64,000 bases of DNA from Paenibacillus sp. MMS18-CY102 (GTDB lineage: Bacteria; Bacillota; Bacilli; Paenibacillales; Paenibacillaceae): positions 8,126 through 72,125 of the forward strand of contig NZ_WSTC01000006.1 of the NCBI RefSeq assembly GCF_009789195.1, given 5' to 3'. Of this stretch, positions 9,879-19,560 are shown one piece after another. The position numbers and the translations under genes are program-made. Each line of letters starts with the position of its first letter. The stretch's first letter is position 1. The notes under the pieces were generated by a model. That model made no database searches and had not been told where the DNA came from. It was given only the letters and a program-made list of their open reading frames with translations.

Positions 9879-11925
9879 AGTCGATCCTACCCAGTGGATC
9901 ATCTACCAAGTTCTAACTGACCGTTTTTATATTGGAAACTCCAAAGAAAATCAGATGTGTGCGCACCTAATCGATGATAGCGGTCATGACCTTTCGAAGT
10001 ACCTCGGTGGAGATTGGAGAGGGATTATCGAAAAAATTGAGGACGGTTATTTAACTGATATGGGTTTCAATGTAATCTGGATTTCTCAACCCGTTGAAAA
10101 TGTATTCGCCTTAAGAGAGAATGTGTCCTCGTATCATGGTTACTGGGCCCGGGATTTCAAACGGCCGAACCCGTTGTTTGGCTCCATGGAGGACTTCCGT
10201 GAATTGATTCGCATTGCTCATGAACATGATATGAAAATTGTAATTGATTTTGCCCCGCATCATACGTCTCCTGCGGAAGTTGGCGATCTCGGTTATATGG
10301 AAGATGGGGTCCTGCTTGATAATGGGAGAGCGATCGCTTCGTATAATTGGGATCCTCACAACTGTTTTCATCATGCTGGAGATAGTGATGAGGATTTTGA
10401 TACCTATGAAGATGGATTATACAAGAAGCTATACGGGTTAGCGGGCCTAAATGTTCAAAACGATATTGTGGATCGATACTTGAAAGAAGCAATATCGTTA
10501 TGGATCGACACTGGAATAGATGGAATTCGCATAGATGGGGTAAGGCACCTTCCGATTGGATGGTTAACGTCGTTTGTGCAAACGTTTGCTCGAGATGGAA
10601 GGCTATTTATTTTTGGTGAATGGTACCTTGGAAAGCATCGGAGGGATCCTCGAAACCCCCAGCTTGCAAATGAGAGTGGTATGGGGCTGCTGGATTTCAA
10701 GTTTGCAAACAAACTAAAGCAAATCATGCTTGAAAAAGAAGATGATTGGTCTGGTTTTGTGAGTATGCTCAACGTTACAGAGAAGGAGTATGAGCGTACG
10801 CATGAACTAGTTACGTTTATCGACAATCATGATTTGCCTAGATTTACAAGGGAGAATTCGATTGTTACGGACATTGCGCTTGTTGTTTTGTTAACAAGTC
10901 GAGGCATACCAAGTATTTATTATGGGACAGAGCAGTACATGACAGGTGCTTCTGATCCGGCTAATCGACAAATGATGAATTCATTCAATAAACAAACGCC
11001 AGCGTACAATATTATTCGGATTCTGTCCGGTTTGAGAAAACGGAATATGGCCATTGCTCAAGGGAAGACAAGTATACTGTATCATTCACCGGAAATCATA
11101 GTTTACCAAAGAGCATTTGGTGGGCACGTCGTTGTCGTTGCAACTAATCTGGGTACTACTAGCGTAGAGTTTATGTCCCTATACACGCAACTGCCTGAGG
11201 GAAGTTATAGCAATCTGGTTGGCGAATTTAGAGGTGAAAAGGAAGTAAATGTAGATAAGTTCGGTAAGATTGAAGCCATGGTACTTCACCCCTACGATAG
11301 TGTCGTTTTAGGAACAAGTGATCATTTTGAGTATCAGCCGGCAATCTCGCATATTTTCCCGGCGGTATCAAAGCGTGGAGACAAGGTTTGTATTTACGGA
11401 ACTGCTTTTGATAAGCAACAGGGAAGGGTCAAAGTAGGCACCGTTGAGGCTCATATACTGAACTGGCAAGATGACAGCATCGAAATTGTAGTACCGGAGC
11501 TTACTCCAGGGAAGCACCACGTTGAGATTACACGAATCGATACTGAATCGGCGGTGTATCAGCATTTTCGCATCAATACGGGCGAGCAAGTCTCTGTTCG
11601 CTTTATCGTTGATGAGGCATACGCGAATGATGATGAGCAAATCTACTTGATCGGAAACGTGTTTGAACTTGGAAATTGGGAACCGGCGAAAGCAATAGGA
11701 TCTTTCTTCAAAAAAGTGCTATATCAATATCCAACCTGGTATTACGACATAAGCGTACCGGCAGGAATAGAAATTCAATATAAATATATTAAGAAAAACT
11801 TCTCCGGGGAGGTCGTGTATGAAGACGGTGAAAATCATGTATGGGTTAGCCCAACTGATCAAACGGGAGAAGTTAGAGTTACATGGGGATGCCCAATAGG
11901 AGGTGAAGCGGATGATCGAAGTTAG
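9868..11925 (+). CDS. GH13 alpha-amylase-family enzyme with CGTase-like A-B-C-D(IPT)-E(CBM20) architecture, no signal peptide
   Basis: N-terminus YQVLTDRFYIGN is like the mature CGTase N-terminus. GH13 regions DFAPHHTSP, GIDGIRIDGVRHLP, GEWYLG and FIDNHD are present. The C-terminal domain looks CBM20-like (LIGNVFELGNWEPAKA...YPTWYYDISVPAG...EIQYKYIKK). The start overlaps the upstream gene by 11 nt. Confidence 0.7.
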   Translation: MNYRVDPTQWIIYQVLTDRFYIGNSKENQMCAHLIDDSGHDLSKYLGGDWRGIIEKIEDGYLTDMGFNVIWISQPVENVFALRENVSSYHGYWARDFKRPNPLFGSMEDFRELIRIAHEHDMKIVIDFAPHHTSPAEVGDLGYMEDGVLLDNGRAIASYNWDPHNCFHHAGDSDEDFDTYEDGLYKKLYGLAGLNVQNDIVDRYLKEAISLWIDTGIDGIRIDGVRHLPIGWLTSFVQTFARDGRLFIFGEWYLGKHRRDPRNPQLANESGMGLLDFKFANKLKQIMLEKEDDWSGFVSMLNVTEKEYERTHELVTFIDNHDLPRFTRENSIVTDIALVVLLTSRGIPSIYYGTEQYMTGASDPANRQMMNSFNKQTPAYNIIRILSGLRKRNMAIAQGKTSILYHSPEIIVYQRAFGGHVVVVATNLGTTSVEFMSLYTQLPEGSYSNLVGEFRGEKEVNVDKFGKIEAMVLHPYDSVVLGTSDHFEYQPAISHIFPAVSKRGDKVCIYGTAFDKQQGRVKVGTVEAHILNWQDDSIEIVVPELTPGKHHVEITRIDTESAVYQHFRINTGEQVSVRFIVDEAYANDDEQIYLIGNVFELGNWEPAKAIGSFFKKVLYQYPTWYYDISVPAGIEIQYKYIKKNFSGEVVYEDGENHVWVSPTDQTGEVRVTWGCPIGGEADDRS

Positions 11926-12907
11926 TCAACTAAGCAAAATGTACAAAATCGCGGATAAGAAGCCAGGGTTGATGGGAGCAGTTCAAAGCCTATTTCGACC
12001 GAAGTTTTATATTAAACAGGCCGTGGAAAATATTAGTTTTTCAATACAAAAAGGTGAGTTGGTCGGTTATATCGGAGCTAATGGAGCGGGGAAATCGACA
12101 ACGATAAAAATGTTATCGGGGATTATGACCCCTTCGTCGGGAGAGGTCCTGGTGAACGGCATTGAGCCGTATAAAAACCGGCAAAAGAATGCGGGGCAAA
12201 TCGGTGCTGTGTTCGGTCAACGAACGCAGCTGTTCTGGGACATTCCGGTTAGAGAATCCTACGAACTCCTAATGCACATCTATAAAGTTCCACCACAGCA
12301 GTTTAAACAAAATCTGGAGCAATTCGTGGAGACACTCGGATTGTCGTCTTTGTTAGGTATTCCCGTTCGTCAGCTTTCGCTCGGCCAAAAAATGAGATGT
12401 GAACTGGCTGCGGCTTTTTTACACGATCCATCGGTAGTCTTTCTCGACGAACCTACGATCGGGCTTGATATCTCCGTGAAATCGAAGATACGCTATTTTA
12501 TTCGTGAAATGAATCGTACGAGAGGGACAACTGTAATTTTAACCACACATGACATGCAGGATATCGAAGAGATTGTCAACCGTATCATTATTCTAGATCA
12601 AGGGAAAATCCTTTATGACGGCGACACTGGGGGCATTAAGGAGGACTTTGGAAATCAGCGTGTGATCGATTTCGATTTAACTTTTACAGATAACGACAGG
12701 ATCCCCATTGATATAACGGAGTTCGTATCGGTCATCCAGAAGGATCCTTCGAATGGGAAAATTACGCTATCATTCAATAATGGCGAAATAACGGCCGCGG
12801 AGGTTATTGCACGCATGATGTCCAAGTTTGAGGTTCATGATTTATCGATTACGGATACGCGGATCGAAGACATCGTAAAACGCTTGTATGAGAGAGAGGC
12901 ATCGTAA
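11912..12907 (+). CDS. ABC transporter ATP-binding protein
   Basis: Walker A GANGAGKST, signature LSLGQKMRCELAAAF and Walker B VVFLDEPT. ATG at 11912 after AGGAGGTG; it overlaps the CGTase-like gene end. Confidence 0.75.
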   Translation: MIEVSQLSKMYKIADKKPGLMGAVQSLFRPKFYIKQAVENISFSIQKGELVGYIGANGAGKSTTIKMLSGIMTPSSGEVLVNGIEPYKNRQKNAGQIGAVFGQRTQLFWDIPVRESYELLMHIYKVPPQQFKQNLEQFVETLGLSSLLGIPVRQLSLGQKMRCELAAAFLHDPSVVFLDEPTIGLDISVKSKIRYFIREMNRTRGTTVILTTHDMQDIEEIVNRIIILDQGKILYDGDTGGIKEDFGNQRVIDFDLTFTDNDRIPIDITEFVSVIQKDPSNGKITLSFNNGEITAAEVIARMMSKFEVHDLSITDTRIEDIVKRLYEREAS

Positions 12908-13697
12908 GTTGGGCGTTTATTGGAGATTTGCAAAGACCCAAGTGAAATTGGATGCGGCTTACTCGTTGTTGTACTGGTCCGGATTTTTGACCTCTCTAAT
13001 GAAGCTTTTCGTAATTTATTTTTTTTGGAGGGCCATTTTTGAATACCAGCCCACAATCAGTGGCATGTCATTCACCGAGACGTTGACGTACATGATTATC
13101 GCAACAGTTATCGTGAACTATGTATTCGGAGGCTCCAGTGATTTGGCCTCGATGATACGAGAGGGGAGTATTGCCATTGAATTGATGCGTCCCTATCATA
13201 CGCTACTTAAAATCATATCACTTGATATTGGAAGTAAAATTTCTCTGTTGGTCCGAGAGACACTACCAATGCTCGTGGTAGGGTATCTATTTTTACAAAT
13301 TGACTACCCACCGAGTATTGCACACATGCTGATATTTTTGGTTAGCCTGTTATTGGGTTTCTTTATTGGAAAAGAGTTTGAATTGTTGATTGGGTTAGCT
13401 TCCTTCTGGACGATCAATGATTGGGGGATGAGGCTGTTAAGAGGTGCTGTCGTCTTGTTTTTCTCCGGTGCGCTAATGCCTGTAAATTTATATCCACCCT
13501 GGCTAAAAAGTATTAATGCATATCTGCCTTTTCAGTCGATGGTATTTACACCGTCGGCCATTTATTCAGGCACAATGGAATGGGGGCAAATCGTTGTCGC
13601 CATGACTGCCCAAGTGGGTTGGCTTGTTATATTATTTTTCCTCGTTCGACTTATTTATAAAACTGCCTTGAAAAAAGTTGTCATCTTTGGCGGGTAG
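12888..13697 (+). CDS. ABC-2 family transporter permease
   Basis: Polytopic hydrophobic protein overlapping the ATPase stop. The true start may be TTG at 12909 (GAGAGAGG RBS). Confidence 0.5.
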   Translation: MRERHRKLGVYWRFAKTQVKLDAAYSLLYWSGFLTSLMKLFVIYFFWRAIFEYQPTISGMSFTETLTYMIIATVIVNYVFGGSSDLASMIREGSIAIELMRPYHTLLKIISLDIGSKISLLVRETLPMLVVGYLFLQIDYPPSIAHMLIFLVSLLLGFFIGKEFELLIGLASFWTINDWGMRLLRGAVVLFFSGALMPVNLYPPWLKSINAYLPFQSMVFTPSAIYSGTMEWGQIVVAMTAQVGWLVILFFLVRLIYKTALKKVVIFGG

Positions 13698-13713
13698 GGA
13701 GAGGTTGTCGCGG

Positions 13714-14499
13714 ATGTATTTACATTTGTATAGCCAGTTTTTTAAATGTCAGTTGAAAAACAAAATGGAGTTCAGAACAGATTTTCTGATCGGCATCCTA
13801 TCTGTACTTATCGTTCAGTCGACATCAATTTTGCTAATGAAGTTTGTTTTTGACCATATTCATTCGATTAAAGGCTGGACTTTTCAAGAGATTATGCTAA
13901 TTTACGGGGTCGCAGCAATGGGAAGGGCTATTCATCACGTGTTTTTTGATAATCTTTGGACGTTGGGCTCCCAGTATATTCGACCAGGAAACTTCGACCG
14001 GTTGTTAATTCGACCAATAAACCCGCTTTTTCATTTAATCGCCGAACGAGTTCAATTGGATGGAATCGGACAAATGGTCATGGGAATCATTATGCTAAGT
14101 TACTCATTATCCAATCTAGATTTGTCCTGGGGTTTTTTAGAGGTCACTATACTCCTCGTTATGATCGTTTCGAGTGGGTTAATCTTTGCTGCTGTTAACT
14201 TATTCGTGGCGACATTTTCTTTTTGGATGGTGGATAGTCTTCCTATTATGACGGCAGTTTTTCATCTAAGTGATTATGCTCGTTATCCAATTTCGATCTT
14301 TAACAAATGGATTCAACTGTTGTTGACATGGATAATTCCCTATGGTTTTGTTGCTTTTTATCCAGCAACGGTATTATTAAAATCCTCTGACTTTCAGTAC
14401 ATAGGTTTGTTGTCTCCACTAGTTGCAATCTTTTTATGTGGTTTTGCGTATTTGTTTTGGTTAGTTGGGCTTCGTTCGTTCACGTCGACAGGAAGTTAA
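13714..14499 (+). CDS. ABC-2 family transporter permease
   Basis: Second polytopic membrane protein. The start MYLHLYSQFF has a GGGAGAGG RBS. Confidence 0.5.
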   Translation: MYLHLYSQFFKCQLKNKMEFRTDFLIGILSVLIVQSTSILLMKFVFDHIHSIKGWTFQEIMLIYGVAAMGRAIHHVFFDNLWTLGSQYIRPGNFDRLLIRPINPLFHLIAERVQLDGIGQMVMGIIMLSYSLSNLDLSWGFLEVTILLVMIVSSGLIFAAVNLFVATFSFWMVDSLPIMTAVFHLSDYARYPISIFNKWIQLLLTWIIPYGFVAFYPATVLLKSSDFQYIGLLSPLVAIFLCGFAYLFWLVGLRSFTSTGS

Positions 14500-14887
14500 T
14501 CAACAGAAGGAAAATGTTAACGGGTTTGAAATGGCGATAAATGGTGTCTAAGAGGAGGGACTGATGAAGCGCGAGTTTTCGTAGGAATCGGTTGCTATAG
14601 CGTGTGACCTGTATTTAATAGCAAGATGAGTCAGTGAAAGGGGGTGATTAAACGAAAAAAATTATGTAAATTGTTCAGACAAAAAGCGACATGAGTGCAC
14701 CGCTCACGTTGGTAGAAACGATGTACTGTTCGGACCGAAAATCCTAAGGAGTGCGGACGAATTAACTAATTGATACCGGGTAGATTATTGAGTAGTATTT
14801 ATGAAACTTTCGAAAATCGGGTGTCAATATTGTACGTAAGTTGCGAATCACCTAACTTATAAAATGAATTAAAGGAGTTTACTCATT

Positions 14888-16036
14888 ATGGAGAACGTAC
14901 TTATCAATAAGGTAGATATGTTGGAGTCTTTGTACAATGAAAATGAAATTAAACAATTCTCAGCGTTAACGAATACGACAAGAAGATTATCAAATAAAGA
15001 TGAAATTACAATTCAAGCTAATCACCTTTGTCAATCAATCGATGTCGACATTTATTTGGAAGGAAACGTTACTGTTGACATGATTAATATGAAAGATTAT
15101 CCTTACCGTTCCATTGAAAACACGATAGAGTATATCTATGAAATCAAAAAATCCAATATAAACACCGTGCTGCTGCACCTTGTTGGAAATGAGTACGGTC
15201 AAGATCCATATAAGGTCCTTCAGGATCACGTACAGGCAATTCAACAAGTGCGTAAGCATTTCTCAAAAGAGGAATTGAACATTACGATTGATCCGTTCAT
15301 GACTGCATTCAACCAAGATGGCAGCTGGGGTGTTAAGGATGAATTCGGGAAATTAAAATATCTTGAAACCTTGAATCTATTGGCGGAAATTGCTACAGAT
15401 TATAGTTTAGCTGGCGCTGATGGGATTATCACCTTGGGAAGGGTCGAGGGTGAAGTAGAAGTAACCAAAAAAGCTTTAGCAAAGATCAGTTCCAACATGA
15501 AGATTAAGTCGTTCTCACAAAATACCGAAACTACGAATGCGTACATGTATCTTGAAAATTTACCCGATCAATTGGAAACAGGCCAAAAAATTTTAGTAGG
15601 CAACCTAACAGAGATGAATCTGCGAACGATTTTGGATATCCATGAAGGGGCAGATGTCATTATCGTAAAACCTATTGAAAACTTCCATCTCATTACGCTG
15701 ACTTTGGATTTCATTACGAATACGCAATCTGTAGCAGCATTTTTGAACAGCGCGAAGGCAAAAGAACTGCTTGAGGCTAATCCGTTCGTGAAACATAAAG
15801 TGGACCAAATCCTAGCTGACTTGGATGCTTTTGAGGCTAAGTGTGCAGGTGTAACGGTTGGAGCCTACTCTGTATCCGGAACTTATTTTATACATAAATC
15901 ATTCGAAAAAGAGAAGGGAGGCAGATTTTCGTTGGGATTAATGGATGAGCTTCTTAAGAACGCCATCTCAGCTGCAGGGGATCGTCTGGACAGTATTCTT
16001 GATCGTAATGCAATGTGGATTATCCAAAATAAATAG
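14888..16036 (+). CDS. divergent porphobilinogen-synthase (HemB/ALAD)-family protein; first Schiff-base Lys replaced
   Basis: The C-terminal half aligns with HemB. AGADGIITLGRVEG matches GADxxAPSDMMDGRV. EGADVIIVKPIENF matches GADxxMVKP. GAYSVSGTYF matches AYQVSGEYAM. DPFMTAFNQDGSWG resembles the Asp-rich Mg-type metal site. The SYSxK Lys position instead reads SFSQN. Confidence 0.5.
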   Translation: MENVLINKVDMLESLYNENEIKQFSALTNTTRRLSNKDEITIQANHLCQSIDVDIYLEGNVTVDMINMKDYPYRSIENTIEYIYEIKKSNINTVLLHLVGNEYGQDPYKVLQDHVQAIQQVRKHFSKEELNITIDPFMTAFNQDGSWGVKDEFGKLKYLETLNLLAEIATDYSLAGADGIITLGRVEGEVEVTKKALAKISSNMKIKSFSQNTETTNAYMYLENLPDQLETGQKILVGNLTEMNLRTILDIHEGADVIIVKPIENFHLITLTLDFITNTQSVAAFLNSAKAKELLEANPFVKHKVDQILADLDAFEAKCAGVTVGAYSVSGTYFIHKSFEKEKGGRFSLGLMDELLKNAISAAGDRLDSILDRNAMWIIQNK

Positions 16037-16097
16037 GAATAGCCACACTTCCTTAGGACTTAAAATGGCTAATACGTGATCGTATAGAGTAATACAA

Positions 16098-18326
16098 ATG
16101 AGTTGGCACGTTCAACGTAAAGGACGAGTCAACTCATTTGTATATGAGCCTTTAAATGAAAAACTATTAAGTGGGGTAATCGTTATTAAAACATTGATAA
16201 TTGATAACTACGATTCGTATACCTATAACATTTTTCAGCTTGTGGCCAAAATCAGTGGACAGGAACCGATCGTTATTCGTAACGATCAGATGAGCTTTGC
16301 TTCACTGCAACGTTTCGATTTTGATAACATTATCATTTCACCTGGACCAGGACGACCGGAAATTCCGATAGATGTCGGATTATCTGCTGAGGTGTTACTT
16401 CACATGGAAGTTCCGATATTAGGCGTGTGCCTGGGTCACCAAACGCTGGCTTACGTTTGCGGTGGCGAGGTAATGCATGCACCCGAGATCTTTCATGGTC
16501 GATTAAGTGAGGTGTTTCATGATGAATTGGGGCTGTTTACAAATATTCCTCAAGGCTTCAAGGTTGTTAGATATCATTCGCTGATCGTAAATGATGGTTT
16601 ACCCGCTAGCTTGGAGAAAACAGCGTGGACCTCGGATGGCGTGATAATGGGATTGAGACATAGAGAGAAACCTCAATGGAGTGTCCAGTTTCATCCAGAA
16701 TCTATTTGTACAGAATATGGTGAACAATTGTTTCAAAACTTCCACGATTTAACGATAAAGTATTATACGGATAAACAAATGATCGATCGGCTTGAGAAAG
16801 AGCAGGAAACTGCAGCATCCCGAGAAAACAGTGATGGCGATACGGATTCCAGCGGCAAATACGAAGTGATCGTAAGGGAACTGCCTGCTTACTATGATCC
16901 CGAAGAGGTATTTGTCCAACAGATGGCCGACCAGCCTTACGCTTTCTGGCTGGACAGCAGTAAAATAGAACCGGGGCGTTCAAGATATTCATTTATTGGG
17001 GCGAATACAGGGCCCTTCCGAAAAGTTATCCGATACCGTACAGCAGATCAACAGCTGGAAGTAACGACGTCCGAGGGAACGAAACAATGGACAGCTTCAA
17101 TCTTCGATTATTTAGAGCATGAACTTAAAGCATTTAGGTGCGACCAAAAGCTTCCGTTCGATTTTAACGGTGGGTTTGTAGGCTTCTTTGGCTATGAGCT
17201 TAAAGAAGAGTGTGGAGGCAATCGCGTTCATGCTTCAGATATCCATGACGCAATGTTTATCTTTGCTGATCAGTTTGTTGCGTTTGACCACGAACTTCGA
17301 AAAACTTACCTCGTTTCGTTAACCGATGATGTTACCCGGGCAGTAGCTCATACATGGTTAGATGAGTTTGAGCGGCATCTTCAAAACTTGTCCGCTTCAA
17401 AAGAATATTCACCGCAATATGTCAATCAAACGGTTGAGTTTCAATTAAGCAGGAGTTATAAGGAATATATCCAGGATCTCAATCAATTGAAGCAGTATTT
17501 AGTCGAAGGTGAGAGTTATGAAGTGAATCTGACAAACCGGATACACACAGGTCCAATCAAAGATACATTGCACACTTATCGCGTGTTACGCAAGGTAAAC
17601 CCAGCCCCTTATTCTGCATATTTACGTTTTGATCAAGTTGCTATTTTGTGCAGTTCTCCTGAAAAGTTCATTCAGGTCTCATCGGATCGAAGCGTGGAAG
17701 CAAAACCAATTAAGGGAACATTGCCACGTGGTAAATCGCCTGACGAGGATCAGACGCTGAAGCAGCAGCTTTTGACGAGTGTAAAGGATTTCTCGGAGAA
17801 TCTGATGATCGTCGATCTGATTCGAAATGATCTAGGTGTCGTTTGCGAAGTCGGATCGGTCCACGTGCCGAAATTGATGGAAGTAGAATCATTTGAGACG
17901 GTGCACCAGCTAGTTTCGACTATTAAAGGGAAATTGAAGCAAGAGGTGTCGGTCGTGGAATGCATTAAAGCGGGCTTTCCGGCCGGATCCATGACGGGTG
18001 CGCCGAAGATCAGAACGATGGAAATTATAGATACGTTAGAAAAGGAGCCAAGAGGAGTATATTCAGGTACCTTGGGATTACTTAGCTTAAATGGATCAGC
18101 GGATTTGAATGTCGTTATACGAACGATTGTTTGTACGCCTGAGAAAACAACGATTGGAGTTGGAGGCGGAATTACGATTCAGTCAAATGCAGATTCGGAA
18201 TACGAAGAAATGCTGCTTAAAGCGAAAGCGTTAATGAACGCTATAGTTGTCGCATTAAACGGAGAGAAAAGAGTAGTCAACTATGTTATTCATGGTGCCC
18301 GTGAGTTAGTAAGTTTCTTACATTAG
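16098..18326 (+). CDS. fused glutamine amidotransferase + chorismate-binding enzyme (PabA-PabB-type aminodeoxychorismate synthase-like)
   Basis: N-terminal class-I GATase (IIDNYDSYTYNIFQ, GVCLGHQ). C-terminal MST/chorismate-binding domain (SYEVNLTNR, GAPKIRTMEII, PRGVYSGTLG, GGGIT). Confidence 0.7.
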   Translation: MSWHVQRKGRVNSFVYEPLNEKLLSGVIVIKTLIIDNYDSYTYNIFQLVAKISGQEPIVIRNDQMSFASLQRFDFDNIIISPGPGRPEIPIDVGLSAEVLLHMEVPILGVCLGHQTLAYVCGGEVMHAPEIFHGRLSEVFHDELGLFTNIPQGFKVVRYHSLIVNDGLPASLEKTAWTSDGVIMGLRHREKPQWSVQFHPESICTEYGEQLFQNFHDLTIKYYTDKQMIDRLEKEQETAASRENSDGDTDSSGKYEVIVRELPAYYDPEEVFVQQMADQPYAFWLDSSKIEPGRSRYSFIGANTGPFRKVIRYRTADQQLEVTTSEGTKQWTASIFDYLEHELKAFRCDQKLPFDFNGGFVGFFGYELKEECGGNRVHASDIHDAMFIFADQFVAFDHELRKTYLVSLTDDVTRAVAHTWLDEFERHLQNLSASKEYSPQYVNQTVEFQLSRSYKEYIQDLNQLKQYLVEGESYEVNLTNRIHTGPIKDTLHTYRVLRKVNPAPYSAYLRFDQVAILCSSPEKFIQVSSDRSVEAKPIKGTLPRGKSPDEDQTLKQQLLTSVKDFSENLMIVDLIRNDLGVVCEVGSVHVPKLMEVESFETVHQLVSTIKGKLKQEVSVVECIKAGFPAGSMTGAPKIRTMEIIDTLEKEPRGVYSGTLGLLSLNGSADLNVVIRTIVCTPEKTTIGVGGGITIQSNADSEYEEMLLKAKALMNAIVVALNGEKRVVNYVIHGARELVSFLH

Positions 18327-18338
18327 GTTTTTGGTAAG

Positions 18339-18388
18339 TATGCGGTCCGTTTTCAGAAGAGGAAACGGGTCGCACACTTTTTCCAATT
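18339..18388 (+). terminator. probable rho-independent terminator
   Basis: Imperfect hairpin tgcggtccgttt...aaacgggtcgca followed by ctttttcc. Confidence 0.35.
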
Positions 18389-18399
18389 CAAAAATTCAG

Positions 18400-18792
18400 T
18401 TATTCAAAAGTCAGTTTTAGTCGGGGGCCAATCTCGCTAAATCCCATGTTCTTATAAAAAGAAAGTGTACGCCCCCACAGTTGGGCATTGGGTGCTCCGA
18501 CTTCAATACGTCTCCAACTATGGGTTTTTCCGTAATCGATGACGCATTGCAGCAGAACCTTCCCGACATGCATGGATCTATGCTCGGGGGCAACATAGAG
18601 CTCTTGAATGGTTCCAATTTTACCACAGGCATATAAAGCATACGTTTCAAAAGTAGTTATAACCCCGATACAAGTTTCTGAATGATCCAAAGCAACATAG
18701 GCTATATAATGATCGATGTTGGATAGCAGGGATTCACATGTTTGTTGGATAGAGAACTCGTCGATTATTATGCCCGACAATTCCTCCAGCAA
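18400..18792 (-). CDS. GNAT-family N-acetyltransferase (short; possibly 5'-truncated, TTG start)
   Basis: GNAT core QELYVAPEHRSMHVGKVLL. The open frame continues about 35 codons upstream with no ATG. Abuts the IS remnant. Confidence 0.4.
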   Translation of the reverse strand: MLEELSGIIIDEFSIQQTCESLLSNIDHYIAYVALDHSETCIGVITTFETYALYACGKIGTIQELYVAPEHRSMHVGKVLLQCVIDYGKTHSWRRIEVGAPNAQLWGRTLSFYKNMGFSEIGPRLKLTFE

Positions 18793-18949
18793 AAGCTTGA
18801 CGGCCCTAACGAGCGTTTGCGTGTCATGAATGGTTGCTCTTCGGTAAGTGAACAGTGGCGACTCCTCCTGACCCGATCGAATACGAATACAAGTGCCTGT
18901 AAAAGATAACTATTCAACTGCCTAATTCACTTGGACGCTTAACACGCTT

Positions 18950-19560
18950 CATATAGATTAGATAGAATTGTGTTGAGTGTCATTGAAAAGATGGTTTCGG
19001 TGTCCTATTGAATCGATAAGGGAGTATGTTGCCAAGGTGGTGTCGGGTTACCGAATGAAGGTTGTGGCCAGAAAACATGGATTTTCATCTAGCTCACTTA
19101 GAAAATGGTTATGCCATTACCGAGATGAGGTGGATGTGGCTATAGCTAAAAAGCACTAGAAAGACGAACAGCTACAGCAAGATGCAGCGGAATTCCGAGA
19201 CATGCAGAAGAAGTATAAGAAGCGACGAAACCGCTCGTAATTCGTCCCAATAAAGGCGCATAGTCATCAGTAAGGCATTTTACGCTTTCTGTGGACAAGT
19301 GGGTGTTGAGCATGAACGAATCCAACGAAAACACTGGATAAGAAGCGCCTACTTCGGGACTTTCTATAGTTTTCTGGAGAGGGAGCGTTACCAAAGACGT
19401 TGTTCTGAAACCTAAGACGAGGTGTATAAAGAGGTCGTTCGTTTTATCTGTTACTCCAACAAAGACCGAATCCACAACAGCCTCCATGACTGGCCTCAAG
19501 TCGAAAACCTTCGTTTAGTGGACGAGGGCTAGATAAAACAAGTAAGAGTGCGCTTAAAAA
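18950..19560 (+). mobile_element. degenerate IS3-family transposase remnant (frameshifted OrfA/OrfB fragments)
   Basis: An intact 60-aa piece resembles the IS3 OrfA HTH region (ARKHGFSSSSLRKW). Downstream frames carry a transposase C-terminus-like NKDRIHNSLHDWPQVENL. Multiple frameshifts and stops; no inverted repeats identified. Confidence 0.4.

Noticed and set aside
14500-14887. T-box, THF or other riboswitch in the 388-nt leader of the HemB-like/ADC-synthase-like genes
   Set aside because: I could not find the T-box consensus (AATTAGGGTGGNACCGCG-like) or other recognisable riboswitch cores by eye. A 6-codon mini-ORF (MKREFS, about 14564-14584) after an AAGAGGAGGG RBS was noted, but it has no regulatory-codon bias. 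It is left unannotated.
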